Assembly: GCA_964406105.1 (NCBI GenBank)
Contig: CAYOQK010000011.1
Coordinates: forward strand, 1,110 to 65,109
Origin: an uncultured bacterium
GTDB taxonomy: Bacteria > Hydrothermota > Hydrothermia > WGAB01
Length of the DNA: 64,000 nucleotides
Reading direction: 5' to 3'
The notes beneath the pieces were generated by a model that made no database searches, had not been told where the DNA came from, and was given only the letters and a program-made list of their open reading frames with translations. Position numbers and translations under genes: made by a program. Positions 55,366-64,000 of this stretch are shown piece after piece (the first letter of the stretch is position 1; each line of letters opens with the position of its first letter).

Positions 55366-55684
55366 CGGGCCCTCCTTGGTGTTTGCCGGCTGAGCTGCAA
55401 AAATCCTGCCAATAAGACCTTGTAAGGTTTGATTAACTTGCGGATGGTGCAAAGGGCACTTTGCTCGCGTTTCCCCGGTAGGGGGGTCGCCCTTTCCCGT
55501 GTGTCGGTGTGGCAAAGTGGAACAGGGGGCAGACCGGCCAGGTGGATCGGTTGGGAATCCTTAAAGCGACAACGGAAAGAGAACGGGCGCTTCAAAGATC
55601 GGTGGGGCCGAAAAACCTAAGCCCTGGGGGTAAGCAAGAGGGAGCGTCTGTGGGTAGGCTTTGGCCCCGCCAAGCAATAAAAAA

Positions 55685-55759
55685 TCGGGGAGAGCCGATT
55701 TGAACGGCCGACCCCCTGCTCCCAAGGCAGGTGCGCTAACCAGGCTGCGCTACTCCCCG
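55685..55759 (-). tRNA. tRNA-Pro (anticodon TGG)
   Basis: The reverse complement folds by hand into a cloverleaf: acceptor CGGGGAG/CTCCCCG, D-stem GCGC/GCGC, anticodon stem CCTGC/GCAGG with loop CTTGGGA, T-arm GGCCG-TTCAAAT-CGGCT, and discriminator A. Confidence 0.75.
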
Positions 55760-55951
55760 ATGTGCCTAAATGATAGCCAAGGGTCCGCGGGGTGTCAACG
55801 GGCCTGACCCCCTGGTCCCCGGCCCTGGGGCATCCCTCCAAGGATCCCCTGGTTCCATACCAGATCGGTACGCGACCCCCGCAGCACTCCCTCTGCTTTG
55901 CAAACCCGAGGGGAAGTCCGGTTTTCCCTGATGTTCCAGGCGGCTTTCCCG

Positions 55952-55957
55952 TATAAT
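55952..55957 (+). promoter_or_regulatory. Putative -10 box (TATAAT) of the rplT promoter
   Basis: cccgTATAATtctgcc lies about 40 nt upstream of the rplT ATG. A weak -35-like ttccag lies about 13 nt upstream. Confidence 0.4.
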
Positions 55958-55993
55958 TCTGCCACAGATTTTGCTGGAAGGAGGAATTTTCCA

Positions 55994-56353
55994 ATGAGAG
56001 TGAAAACGGGATACACCAGAAGGAGACGGCACAAAAAGATCCGGAAGATGGCGCGTGGCTATTATGGCCAGAAGTCCAGGACCTTTCGGAAAGCCAACGA
56101 GCAACTCTTGAAATCGTTGAGCTTTGCCTATCGCCACCGCAAGCAGAAAAAAGGCGAGTTTCGCCGGCTCTGGATCGTGCGGATCAACGCCGCTGCACGC
56201 CAGGCAGGGCTGAACTACAGTACCCTGATGAACGGATTGAAACGTGCTGGGATCTCCATGAACCGAAAGGTGCTGGCCGACCTGGCCGTACGTGATCCCC
56301 AGGGCTTCTCGCAACTGGTGGCCAGCGCTAAGGCGGCCCTGGGGCTCTCCTAA
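55994..56353 (+). CDS. rplT: 50S ribosomal protein L20
   Basis: [53 protein letters not shown] is near-identical in pattern to bacterial L20. The start ATG 55994 follows GGAGG. Confidence 0.9.
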   Translation: MRVKTGYTRRRRHKKIRKMARGYYGQKSRTFRKANEQLLKSLSFAYRHRKQKKGEFRRLWIVRINAAARQAGLNYSTLMNGLKRAGISMNRKVLADLAVRDPQGFSQLVASAKAALGLS

Positions 56354-56365
56354 GGGAGGGGCCCC

Positions 56366-57358
56366 GTGGATGCCGATCTCCAGTCCCTAAAGGCCCGAGT
56401 TCAGCGCCTGCAAGAGGAAATCCAACAGGCCTTGGCCCAGGTACAGAACCTGGAGGACCTGGAGGCCCTTCGGATCCGGTTCCTGGGCCGAAGAGGCGAG
56501 GTTACCGCTCTGCTGAAGCACATCGGCCGGTTGCCACCGGAGCAGCGGCCCCAAGCCGGCGCTGAGATCAACCGTCTTAAGGCCTGGGTTCAACAGGAAA
56601 TCCAGGCCTCGCGAGAACGCTTAGAAGCCCAAACCAAACGCCGGATTGACCTCACCCTGCCCGGCCGGCCCGTGGCCCCCGGTCGGCTCCATCCCATCAC
56701 CCGCGTGTTCACCGAGATCCTGGAGATCTTCAAGGGCCTCGGATTCCAGGTGGAAGAGGGGCCCGACGTGGAATGGGACTACTACAACTTTGAAGCCCTC
56801 AACATCCCGCCCCACCATCCGGCCCGCGAAATGCAGAGCACCTTCTTCATCACCGACAAAATGCTGCTCCGAACCCACACCTCTCCCATCCAGATCCGCG
56901 TGATGGAACGCCAACGCCCTCCCCTGCGCTTCGTGGCTCCCGGCAAGGTGTACCGGGTGGACCCCTTTGACCCCTCCCACGCCCCTGCCTTTCACCAATT
57001 GGAAGGGCTTTACGTGGACCGACGCGTGACCTTTGCGGAGCTCAAGGGCACCTTAGAACTCTTCCTGCGCGAGTTCTTTGGCCCCCAAACGGACATCAAG
57101 TTCCTGCCCTCCTACTTCCCCTTCACCGAACCCTCGGCAGAGGTGGCCATCCGTTGGAAGGGCGAATGGCTGGAAGTGCTGGGATGCGGCATGGTGCACC
57201 CCAATGTGTTCCGGGCCGTGAACCTGGATCCAGAAGAGTGGAAGGGTTATGCCTTCGGCTTGGGCGTGGAACGGCTCGCCATGGTCCGCTACGGAATCCC
57301 GGATATCCGTTGGTTTTCGGAAAACGACCTGCGGTTCCTGAGGGGGTATGAACCATGA
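56366..57358 (+). CDS. pheS: Phenylalanine--tRNA ligase alpha subunit
   Basis: GTG start after AGGGAGGGG. Class II synthetase motifs are present (PARDMQDTFY-like EMQSTFFI, and GLGVERLAMV). Confidence 0.85.
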   Translation: MDADLQSLKARVQRLQEEIQQALAQVQNLEDLEALRIRFLGRRGEVTALLKHIGRLPPEQRPQAGAEINRLKAWVQQEIQASRERLEAQTKRRIDLTLPGRPVAPGRLHPITRVFTEILEIFKGLGFQVEEGPDVEWDYYNFEALNIPPHHPAREMQSTFFITDKMLLRTHTSPIQIRVMERQRPPLRFVAPGKVYRVDPFDPSHAPAFHQLEGLYVDRRVTFAELKGTLELFLREFFGPQTDIKFLPSYFPFTEPSAEVAIRWKGEWLEVLGCGMVHPNVFRAVNLDPEEWKGYAFGLGVERLAMVRYGIPDIRWFSENDLRFLRGYEP

Positions 57359-59697
57359 AGGTGCTCTACTCTTGGCTTCGGGAGTTTCTGGATACCGAAC
57401 TCACCGCCGAGGATCTGCTGCCCGTGTTTGAACAGGTGGGCATTGAAGTGGAAGACTTCCAGGATCTGGCAGCCCCCTACCGGGGGTCCGTGGTGGTGGG
57501 CGAGATCGTGGGGTTAGAGCCCCACCCCCGTGCCGATCGCCTGCTGGTCGCACGGGTTGCCACGGGCCAAGAAACTCTCCAGCTGGTTAGTGGGGCGCCA
57601 AATCTGCGCACGGGCATGAAGGTGGTGGTGGCCCTGCCGGGCGCCTCCCTCCCTGGAGGCCGGGTGGAGGTGCGCACCTTCCGGGGGGTAGAAAGCCAAG
57701 GGATGTTGCTCTCCGAAGCCGAACTCGGCCTGGAGGAAGAATCCTTCGGCATCATTGAACTGCCTCCAGAGGCTCGCCCTGGCGACGAGCCCTTCCCCTT
57801 CCTGGACCTCAACGATTGGCTCTATGACCTCTACATCATGCCCAATCGCGGCGACTTGATGGGCGTTTTGGGAATCGCTCGGGAACTCGCCGCCAAACTG
57901 CAGGTGCCCCTGCGAATCCCCGAGCCCCGGATCTCTGAAGAACCCTGGTCCTATGAGGTAGAGATCCAAGATCCTGAGGGGTGTCCACGGTACACGGCCC
58001 GCATCCTTCGCGGTGTCAAGGTGTGGCCCTCTCCTCCTTGGCTGCGACGTCGGCTACACTTGGTGGGCCTTCGGTCCATCAACAACATCGTGGATGTAAC
58101 CAATTACGTGCTTTTGGAACTGGGGCATCCCCTACACGCCTTTGACTTGGCTAAGCTCCAGGGCGGCATTCGGGTTCGCCGTGCCCAACCGGGCGAACGC
58201 ATCGTGACCCTGGATGGCGTGGAACGCACCCTGACCCAAGAGGTCCTCGTGATCGCAGACCGCGAGCGACCCGTGGCCCTGGCCGGCGTAATGGGGGCCG
58301 AGGATACAGGCGTTACCGAAGAAACCACCGACCTCCTGCTGGAGAGCGCCCTGTTTGACCCCGTGGTTACCTACTACAGTGCCCGGGCTGTGGGCCTGGA
58401 CACGGAATCCTCCCGCCGTTTCATCCGCGGGGTGGATCCTGAGATCCCTCCGTTCTCCTCCCTGCGGGCCACCCAGTTGATCCTGGAAACCGCCGGTGGC
58501 ACCGCAGGACGCTTGGTGGACGCCTATCCCCGCCCTCTCCGCCGAAGGGCGGTGGAAACCTCAGGGGCCCGCATCGCTGAGATCCTGGGCATCCAGGTCT
58601 CTGACGAGGATCTCCGCCACACCCTGCCCCGCCTGGGCTACCGGGTAGAGAACGGTGAACGCCAGCCCCTGCGGGTGATCGTGCCCACTTGGCGGCGGGA
58701 CGTGTTGGAGGAACCGGACCTGGCAGAGGACTACGCTCGGTTGATCGGCTACGAGGCCATCCCTGGCACCGTGGAAACCTCGGGCTCCTTCCTGGGCAAA
58801 GGCGAACTGGGCTATCTTTGGCTCAAACGATACCTGGTTGCTCTGGGACTGGTGGAAAGCGAAACCGTAGAGTTCACCTCCCCCCAACTCCTGCGTGCGC
58901 TGGAGGCCGAAGGCCGGGCCGTACGCATTGCCAACCCCTTGGGTGCGGAGTACAGCGTGCTCCGAACCACGCTGGTGCCTGGCTTGCTCCAGGTGCTCTC
59001 CCTCAATCTCCGCCGTGGGGCCCCTGGCATGATCACCTTTGAGTTGGGCAAAGTGTTCCTCTGGCGGTCCGAAGAGGAGCTCCCCGAGGAGCCCTATCGT
59101 TTGGCCGTGGCTTTGGCTGGCCGGGTCCCAGAGCACTGGGCAACGCCCGAACGTGAACTGGATTACTACGATCTCAAGGGCATCCTGGATCGGCTGATGG
59201 AAGACTTCGGGCTCACATTCACCCTACGGGAAAGGGAGCGCAACTTCGCGGACCAGTATGCCGAGGTGGTGTTGGACTCAGGGGTTACCATCGGGTACGT
59301 GGCCGTGCTCAACCGCAAAACCGCCCGGTTGTTTGACCTCAAGGTGCCCACCTACGTGATGGAGCTCTCCGTGGCCCCCTTCGCCCCTACGCCCCGACCG
59401 CCGGAGATTCACCCCTATCCTCCGGTCAAACGGGATCTATCCCTGCTCGTGCCCGAGGGCGTGCGGTACCAGGACATCGTCCAGCTCTTCCGCTCTACTC
59501 CTACGCGGTATCTGCGCACCTTCTGGCCCATTGACCTGTACCAGGGTGATCCGTTGCCCCCGGGTACCCGGAGCATCACCCTGCGGTTGGTGTTCCTGAA
59601 CCCCCAAGGCACCCTGAGTCAGGAGGACGTCCAGGCCGACGTCAACGCTTTGATCCAGGCTGTGGAGGCTCGCCAATGGAAAATCCGGGGCCTGTAA
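57355..59697 (+). CDS. pheT: Phenylalanine--tRNA ligase beta subunit
   Basis: MKVLYSWLREFLDT is the canonical PheT N-terminus, and the B3/B4, tRNA-binding and FDX-ACB domain order is conserved. Confidence 0.85.
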   Translation: MKVLYSWLREFLDTELTAEDLLPVFEQVGIEVEDFQDLAAPYRGSVVVGEIVGLEPHPRADRLLVARVATGQETLQLVSGAPNLRTGMKVVVALPGASLPGGRVEVRTFRGVESQGMLLSEAELGLEEESFGIIELPPEARPGDEPFPFLDLNDWLYDLYIMPNRGDLMGVLGIARELAAKLQVPLRIPEPRISEEPWSYEVEIQDPEGCPRYTARILRGVKVWPSPPWLRRRLHLVGLRSINNIVDVTNYVLLELGHPLHAFDLAKLQGGIRVRRAQPGERIVTLDGVERTLTQEVLVIADRERPVALAGVMGAEDTGVTEETTDLLLESALFDPVVTYYSARAVGLDTESSRRFIRGVDPEIPPFSSLRATQLILETAGGTAGRLVDAYPRPLRRRAVETSGARIAEILGIQVSDEDLRHTLPRLGYRVENGERQPLRVIVPTWRRDVLEEPDLAEDYARLIGYEAIPGTVETSGSFLGKGELGYLWLKRYLVALGLVESETVEFTSPQLLRALEAEGRAVRIANPLGAEYSVLRTTLVPGLLQVLSLNLRRGAPGMITFELGKVFLWRSEEELPEEPYRLAVALAGRVPEHWATPERELDYYDLKGILDRLMEDFGLTFTLRERERNFADQYAEVVLDSGVTIGYVAVLNRKTARLFDLKVPTYVMELSVAPFAPTPRPPEIHPYPPVKRDLSLLVPEGVRYQDIVQLFRSTPTRYLRTFWPIDLYQGDPLPPGTRSITLRLVFLNPQGTLSQEDVQADVNALIQAVEARQWKIRGL

Positions 59698-59894
59698 ACC
59701 CCAGGGCTTCTGCCGTTCAGCTCTCCCTTGACCGTCTCCGCAAAAGGATGCATAAATTAACCGAACAGAACCAGAGGCTCCGAGCCCGGGTGCAGGAACT
59801 GGAAGCCATGTTGCGCAGTGTGGTGGAGGAAACCAAGGTACTGGAAGAAAAAATCCAGGACTTGATGTTGAAAAACGAGGTGATGAGGGAATGA
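59676..59894 (+). CDS. Small coiled-coil protein, possibly ZapB-like
   Basis: LRKRMHKLTEQNQRLRARVQELEAMLRSVVEETKVLEEKIQDL is a heptad coiled coil. It overlaps the pheT end by 22 nt, so the true start may be the internal Met. Confidence 0.35.
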   Translation: MENPGPVNPRASAVQLSLDRLRKRMHKLTEQNQRLRARVQELEAMLRSVVEETKVLEEKIQDLMLKNEVMRE

Positions 59895-60214
59895 AGGGTG
59901 TGGAGATCAATCCGTCCCAGTTGACCCCTGTGAAATTGGAAGTGGACGGGAAAACCTTGAATCTCCGCACGGATTTTTCACAAGAGGCTTTAAAGTTCAT
60001 TCAGGAAGAAACCCAGGCGACCATTCAGAAGATGCGGGAGTTTCATCCGGATCTGCCAACAGAACACATTTACCTGTTGGCCGCGCTGAACCTGGCTGGA
60101 CAAGTTTACGAAAAGCAACAGGAAATCCATCACTTCACCCTTCAGGTGGAGGAAATGCATCGGTTGCTGGGAGATGACGACGAGGAGCCAGGGAACGGAG
60201 ATGAAGACCATTGA
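59891..60214 (+). CDS. zapA: Cell division protein ZapA-like
   Basis: Size of 107 aa and the pattern VKLEVDGKTLNLRTDFSQEALKFIQEETQATIQKM ... LLAALNLAGQ resemble ZapA. It sits directly downstream of pheT, as zapA does in Bacillus. Confidence 0.5.
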   Translation: MKGVEINPSQLTPVKLEVDGKTLNLRTDFSQEALKFIQEETQATIQKMREFHPDLPTEHIYLLAALNLAGQVYEKQQEIHHFTLQVEEMHRLLGDDDEEPGNGDEDH

Positions 60215-60385
60215 CATGTCCCCCTGCGGTACTCGTGCAGTAACGGGGATAAGCCCGAGGCCAGCACCATCCATAGGGGAGCCCAACAGGGCGCCCACGT
60301 TGTGGCATGGGCCTGTCGGGCCTATCCCGGCGCGGTACCCGCGGGGGGGCCTTTTATCCCTCCAAGGGCAGGGAGGTGACGCTCT

Positions 60386-61666
60386 TTGGAAATCTTTGAC
60401 GGGAAAACGAAACCTTCTTCAACGCTGCTCTCTTCCCGGTTTTACCCGGAAACCTGGGAGGACTTCGTTGGCCAGGAGCACCTGGTGGGGCCCCAGGGGG
60501 CCGTCCGAAGGCTTGTAGAAGCCGGACGGTTGCCCTCCATGCTGTTCTATGGTCCTCCAGGGACCGGGAAAACGGCGTTGGCCCGGCTCCTGGCACGGCA
60601 CGTAGGGGGGCGGTTCTTCTCCCTGAACGCCTCGGTGGCCAAGCCCTCCGACCTGAAACGCATCCTGGCCCAAGCGGTTCAGGTGTTCCAGGCCACCGGC
60701 CGCCCAGCGGTGGTGTTCGTGGACGAAATCCACCGCTTTAACCGCCTGCATCAGGAACTTCTCCTGGCCAGCACCGAGGCCGGCCAGGTGGTGTTCATTG
60801 GCAGCACGGTGCTCAACCCCTATACCACCCTGTCTAAGGCCCTGCTATCGCGGGTGCTGGTGTTTGAGTTCCACAGCCTGAAGGAATCGCATCTGCAAGA
60901 GTTGCTGCTGCGAGCGATCCACCGCTTTTACCCCGGTCGTCGCATGGCTCCCGAGGCATTGCAACGGTTAGCCCGCTGGGCCAACGGCGATGCCCGACGC
61001 GCCCTCAACCTGCTGGAGGTGGTCCTTGCCACCGTGCCCGAGGGGAAAGAAGTGGTCCCAGCCGATGTGGATCGGTGGGTATCCCGACGTTTCCTTCGGT
61101 TTGATCGGGCCGGCGACGATCACTATGACACCGTGTCGGCCTGGATCAAATCCCTTCGGGGCTCCGACCCCGATGCGGCCATCTACTACACCCTCCGGCT
61201 TCTGGAGGCTGGGGAAGACCCCCGGTTTCTCTTTCGCAGACTGTTGATCTTCGCCGCCGAGGACATCGGCCTGGCCGATCCTCGGGCTTTGCTGGTCGCC
61301 CAGGCAGGAGCGGCCGCCTTTGAACAGGTGGGTCGGCCCGAGGGCGACCTGATCCTTACCGAAGTGGTGCTTTACCTGGCCACCGCACCGAAATCCAACA
61401 CCGTGCTCCGTACCCTTCAAGCCGCCCGCAGGGCTGTGCTGGAGGAAGTGTGGGCGGAAATCCCGCAACACCTCCGGGACCGTCACTACGCTGGTGCCGA
61501 GAAACTCGGACGCGGTGAGGGGTACATCTATCCCCACGATCATCCGGAGGCAGCCCAACACCAGAGGTACCTGCCCGAAGCCTTGCAGCACCTCCGCTTC
61601 TTTGAACCCCGGGCCGTGGGGTACGAGGCTCAACTGAGAACTCCAACCGAGGAGGTGGAAGAATGA
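60386..61666 (+). CDS. rarA: Replication-associated recombination protein A (AAA+ ATPase)
   Basis: TTG start. GPPGTGKTALARLLA is the Walker A motif, and VVFVDEIHRFN is Walker B plus the sensor. The MgsA C-terminal domain is present. Confidence 0.85.
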   Translation: MEIFDGKTKPSSTLLSSRFYPETWEDFVGQEHLVGPQGAVRRLVEAGRLPSMLFYGPPGTGKTALARLLARHVGGRFFSLNASVAKPSDLKRILAQAVQVFQATGRPAVVFVDEIHRFNRLHQELLLASTEAGQVVFIGSTVLNPYTTLSKALLSRVLVFEFHSLKESHLQELLLRAIHRFYPGRRMAPEALQRLARWANGDARRALNLLEVVLATVPEGKEVVPADVDRWVSRRFLRFDRAGDDHYDTVSAWIKSLRGSDPDAAIYYTLRLLEAGEDPRFLFRRLLIFAAEDIGLADPRALLVAQAGAAAFEQVGRPEGDLILTEVVLYLATAPKSNTVLRTLQAARRAVLEEVWAEIPQHLRDRHYAGAEKLGRGEGYIYPHDHPEAAQHQRYLPEALQHLRFFEPRAVGYEAQLRTPTEEVEE

Positions 61667-63228
61667 CCATGGTGATGATTCTGACCCTTGGGTTTCTTTT
61701 GGGTTTGGTGATCGGAGGATTGATCGCCTTTTTCAGCGTCAAAATCAAAACCTCAAAGAAACTGGAAGAAGCCCAACAGAACTACGAGCAAATCATCGCT
61801 GAGGCCAAACGAGAGGCCCACAAGATCAAGAAAAACGCAGAGCTCCGCACCAAGGAGCATTGGCTGGAGGAACGGCGTAAGTTTGACCGCGAAACCGCCT
61901 CGGTCAAACGAGAACTGGAAAAGGAAAAACGCCGCCTCAGCGAAAAGGAAAGCCAACTGGAACGGCGATCGGAAACCCTCCAACGGCGTGCCCGTGAACT
62001 GGATCAACGGGAACGCCAGCTCCGAGAGCGGGAGCAGACGTTGGCCGAACGGGAAGAGGAACTCCACCGCCTGATCCAAGAAGAAACCGCTAAACTGGAA
62101 ACCATCGCCCGGATGACCCAGGAGCAGGCCCGAGAGGAACTGCTCCGCAAGGTGGAACGGGCTGCCAAATTGGAGGCGGCCCAGTTGGCCTACAAGATCA
62201 AAGAACAAGCCCGCGAACAGGCCCAACGCGAGGCCCGAGAGATCATCGCCACCGCGATCCAACGATGCGCCGCCAACCACACGGCCGAGAGCACGGTCAC
62301 CGTGGTGCCCTTGCCCTCCGACGACATGAAGGGCCGCATCATCGGCCGGGAGGGCCGCAACATCCGGGCCTTTGAACAGCTCACCGGTGTGGAGGTGATC
62401 ATTGACGATTCGCCCGAAGCGGTGACCCTTTCGTCCTTCAACCCTCGCCGCCGCGAGATCGCCCGCCTGGCCCTGGAACGCCTGATCCAAGACGGCCGCA
62501 TCCACCCTGCCCGCATTGAGGAGGTGGTGAAAAAGGTGGAAGAAGAGTTTGACGAATACGTGCGACAACTGGGCGAGGAAACCGTACTGGAGCTCGGCCT
62601 CACCGGCATCCACCCCGAACTGTTGAAACTCATCGGCGAGATGAAGTTCCGCACCTCCTACGGTCAAAACCTGCTGCAACACTCCAAAGAGGTGGCTCAC
62701 CTGGCTGCTCTGATGGCCGCAGAGCTGGGGCTGAACGTGGAGTACGCCAAGCGCGCCGGCTTGCTCCACGACATCGGCAAAGTGGCCGGGGAAGAGTACG
62801 AGGGACCCCACGCCCTGGTGGGAGCCAAGATTGCGAAACGCTATGGCGAGAACGACTTGGTGGCCAACGCCATCGCTGCCCACCACGAGGAAGAGGAACC
62901 CCGCTCAGCCATCGCCTTCGTGGTGGCAGCGGCAGATGCCATCTCCGGCTCCCGCCCCGGCGCCCGCCGCGAATCGCTGGAGGCCTACATCAAGCGCATC
63001 TCCAAACTGGAAGACATCGCCCGCTCGTACAACGGCGTGGCCAAGGCCTACGCCATCCAAGCCGGCCGCGAGATCCGCATCCTGGTCAGCTCTACCCGCG
63101 TGTCCGACGAGGACGCCCACCAACTGGCCGAAGATATCGCCCGCAGGATTGAAGACGAACTGGAATACCCGGGTCAAATCAAGATCACGGTGATCCGGGA
63201 AACCCGCGTCGTGGAGTATGCCCGGTGA
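61663..63228 (+). CDS. rny: Ribonuclease Y
   Basis: N-terminal TM helix, a coiled coil, a KH domain (GRIIGREGRNIRAFEQLTGVEVIIDD), and an HD domain (LLHDIGK). Confidence 0.9.
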   Translation: MTMVMILTLGFLLGLVIGGLIAFFSVKIKTSKKLEEAQQNYEQIIAEAKREAHKIKKNAELRTKEHWLEERRKFDRETASVKRELEKEKRRLSEKESQLERRSETLQRRARELDQRERQLREREQTLAEREEELHRLIQEETAKLETIARMTQEQAREELLRKVERAAKLEAAQLAYKIKEQAREQAQREAREIIATAIQRCAANHTAESTVTVVPLPSDDMKGRIIGREGRNIRAFEQLTGVEVIIDDSPEAVTLSSFNPRRREIARLALERLIQDGRIHPARIEEVVKKVEEEFDEYVRQLGEETVLELGLTGIHPELLKLIGEMKFRTSYGQNLLQHSKEVAHLAALMAAELGLNVEYAKRAGLLHDIGKVAGEEYEGPHALVGAKIAKRYGENDLVANAIAAHHEEEEPRSAIAFVVAAADAISGSRPGARRESLEAYIKRISKLEDIARSYNGVAKAYAIQAGREIRILVSSTRVSDEDAHQLAEDIARRIEDELEYPGQIKITVIRETRVVEYAR

Positions 63229-64000
63229 CCTCTATTCGGATCCTGTTTATCGCCGACATCGTGGGCAAACCCGGCCGCCGGGCCGTGCGGGAACTCCTGC
63301 CTGGCCTCCGTAGCGAGCTCGGGGTGGACTTCGTGATCGCCAATGGCGAGAACGCCGCCGGCGGCGCCGGCCTCACCGAAGACATCGTGAAGGAACTCCT
63401 GAACTACGGCATCCACGTGATCACCTCGGGCAACCACATCTGGGACAAGAAAGAGGCCCTCCAGTTCATTGACCGGTACCCTATGGTGCTCCGCCCCCTT
63501 AACTTCCACGCCTCCAACCCCGGACGGGGCTGGGGCGTATTCACCACCGAGGGCGGGCATACCGTTGCGGTGATCAACGCCATCGGCCGCCTGTTCACCG
63601 GCCTGTACGATTCCCCTTACGACGCCGTAGACCGTGTGTTGGAACAACTCTCCAACGTACCCCTCCGCATCCTGGACTTCCACGCTGAAACCACCGCCGA
63701 GAAGCAGGTGGCCGGCCATTACTTTGATGGACGCGTCACCGCGGTGATCGGCACCCATACCCATGTGCAAACCTCGGATAACTGGATCCTGCCCGGCGGC
63801 ACCGCCTACATCACCGACGCAGGCATGACCGGTGGCCTGGACTCGGTGATCGGGGTCAAAAAGGAACAAGCCATCCAACGAATGGTGCAGGGGCTGCCCA
63901 TCCGCTACGAACCCTCTAACCGAAGAATCGGGCTGGAAGGCGTGTTCCTCGTGGCCGATGTGGAGACCGGTAAGGCCCTGGAGATCCAACGGATTCGTCG
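63225..64000 (+). CDS. ymdB: YmdB-like metallophosphoesterase (2',3'-cyclic-nucleotide 2'-phosphodiesterase), partial; it runs off the window end
   Basis: GTG start overlaps the rny stop (GTGA). ILFIADIVGKPGRRAV ... VIANGENAAGGAGLT ... TSGNHIWDKKE matches the YmdB family. The rny-ymdB pairing is conserved. Confidence 0.8.
   Translation, partial: MTSIRILFIADIVGKPGRRAVRELLPGLRSELGVDFVIANGENAAGGAGLTEDIVKELLNYGIHVITSGNHIWDKKEALQFIDRYPMVLRPLNFHASNPGRGWGVFTTEGGHTVAVINAIGRLFTGLYDSPYDAVDRVLEQLSNVPLRILDFHAETTAEKQVAGHYFDGRVTAVIGTHTHVQTSDNWILPGGTAYITDAGMTGGLDSVIGVKKEQAIQRMVQGLPIRYEPSNRRIGLEGVFLVADVETGKALEIQRIR

Noticed and set aside
59676-59894. Calling the 72-aa coiled-coil ORF a definite zapB
   Set aside because: Only a generic heptad coiled coil is visible, and the start is ambiguous because it overlaps pheT. 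It is retained as a low-confidence feature only.
1-64000. CRISPR arrays, insertion sequences, integrases and prophage remnants
   Set aside because: No direct-repeat/spacer periodicity was seen, and no transposase, integrase or phage structural motifs. The region looks like stable chromosome with dense operons.

Overview
This is a 64 kb chromosomal window from a high-GC bacterium, roughly 62-65% GC by eye, with densely packed, frequently overlapping genes.

Gene content points to an organism of the Fibrobacteres-Chlorobi-Bacteroidetes (FCB) type, probably thermophilic and capable of H2 metabolism. The evidence is type IX secretion (T9SS) C-terminal sorting tails on secreted enzymes, a PcrB-type geranylgeranylglyceryl phosphate synthase (GGGPS), a glycoside hydrolase family 57 (GH57) enzyme, and an mvhADG-hdrABC hydrogenase:heterodisulfide reductase cluster. 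All of this is inferred from sequence alone.

The 5' third is an accessory-looking secreted-protease region. It holds a C25 (gingipain-family) peptidase, an M14 carboxypeptidase and a BNR beta-propeller, all three carrying T9SS-type C-terminal tails. On the opposite strand is an operon of a 1483-aa C25 peptidase ending in a dockerin, two tandem PspC-domain paralogs, and an SppA signal peptide peptidase with an unusual N-terminal extension.

The remainder is mostly core metabolism and housekeeping:
- argF, lpxB, nfi, smpB, gcvT, rho, ald, rplT, pheST, zapA, rarA, rny and ymdB.
- A GH57/galT-like/sugar-nucleotide cluster.
- An exopolysaccharide-initiation pair: a GT2 glycosyltransferase and a polyprenyl-phosphate sugar transferase.
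- Two zinc alcohol dehydrogenases.
- A Lon-like protease with a degenerate Walker A motif.
- A translationally coupled mvhADG-hdrABC electron-bifurcation cluster.
- A tRNA-Pro(TGG).

The items most worth a second look are:
- The dockerin-bearing giant C25 peptidase, and a NIDO-like module it shares with the second C25 paralog.
- The peptidase-PspC-PspC-SppA operon.
- A 1062-aa membrane-anchored coiled-coil protein downstream of lpxB.
- A Braun-lipoprotein-like small lipoprotein with a C-terminal Lys.
- An overlapping geranylgeranyl reductase (GGR) and GGGPS pair for archaeal-type ether lipids.

No CRISPR array, transposase or integrase was seen. The many long antisense ORFs are high-GC artefacts.
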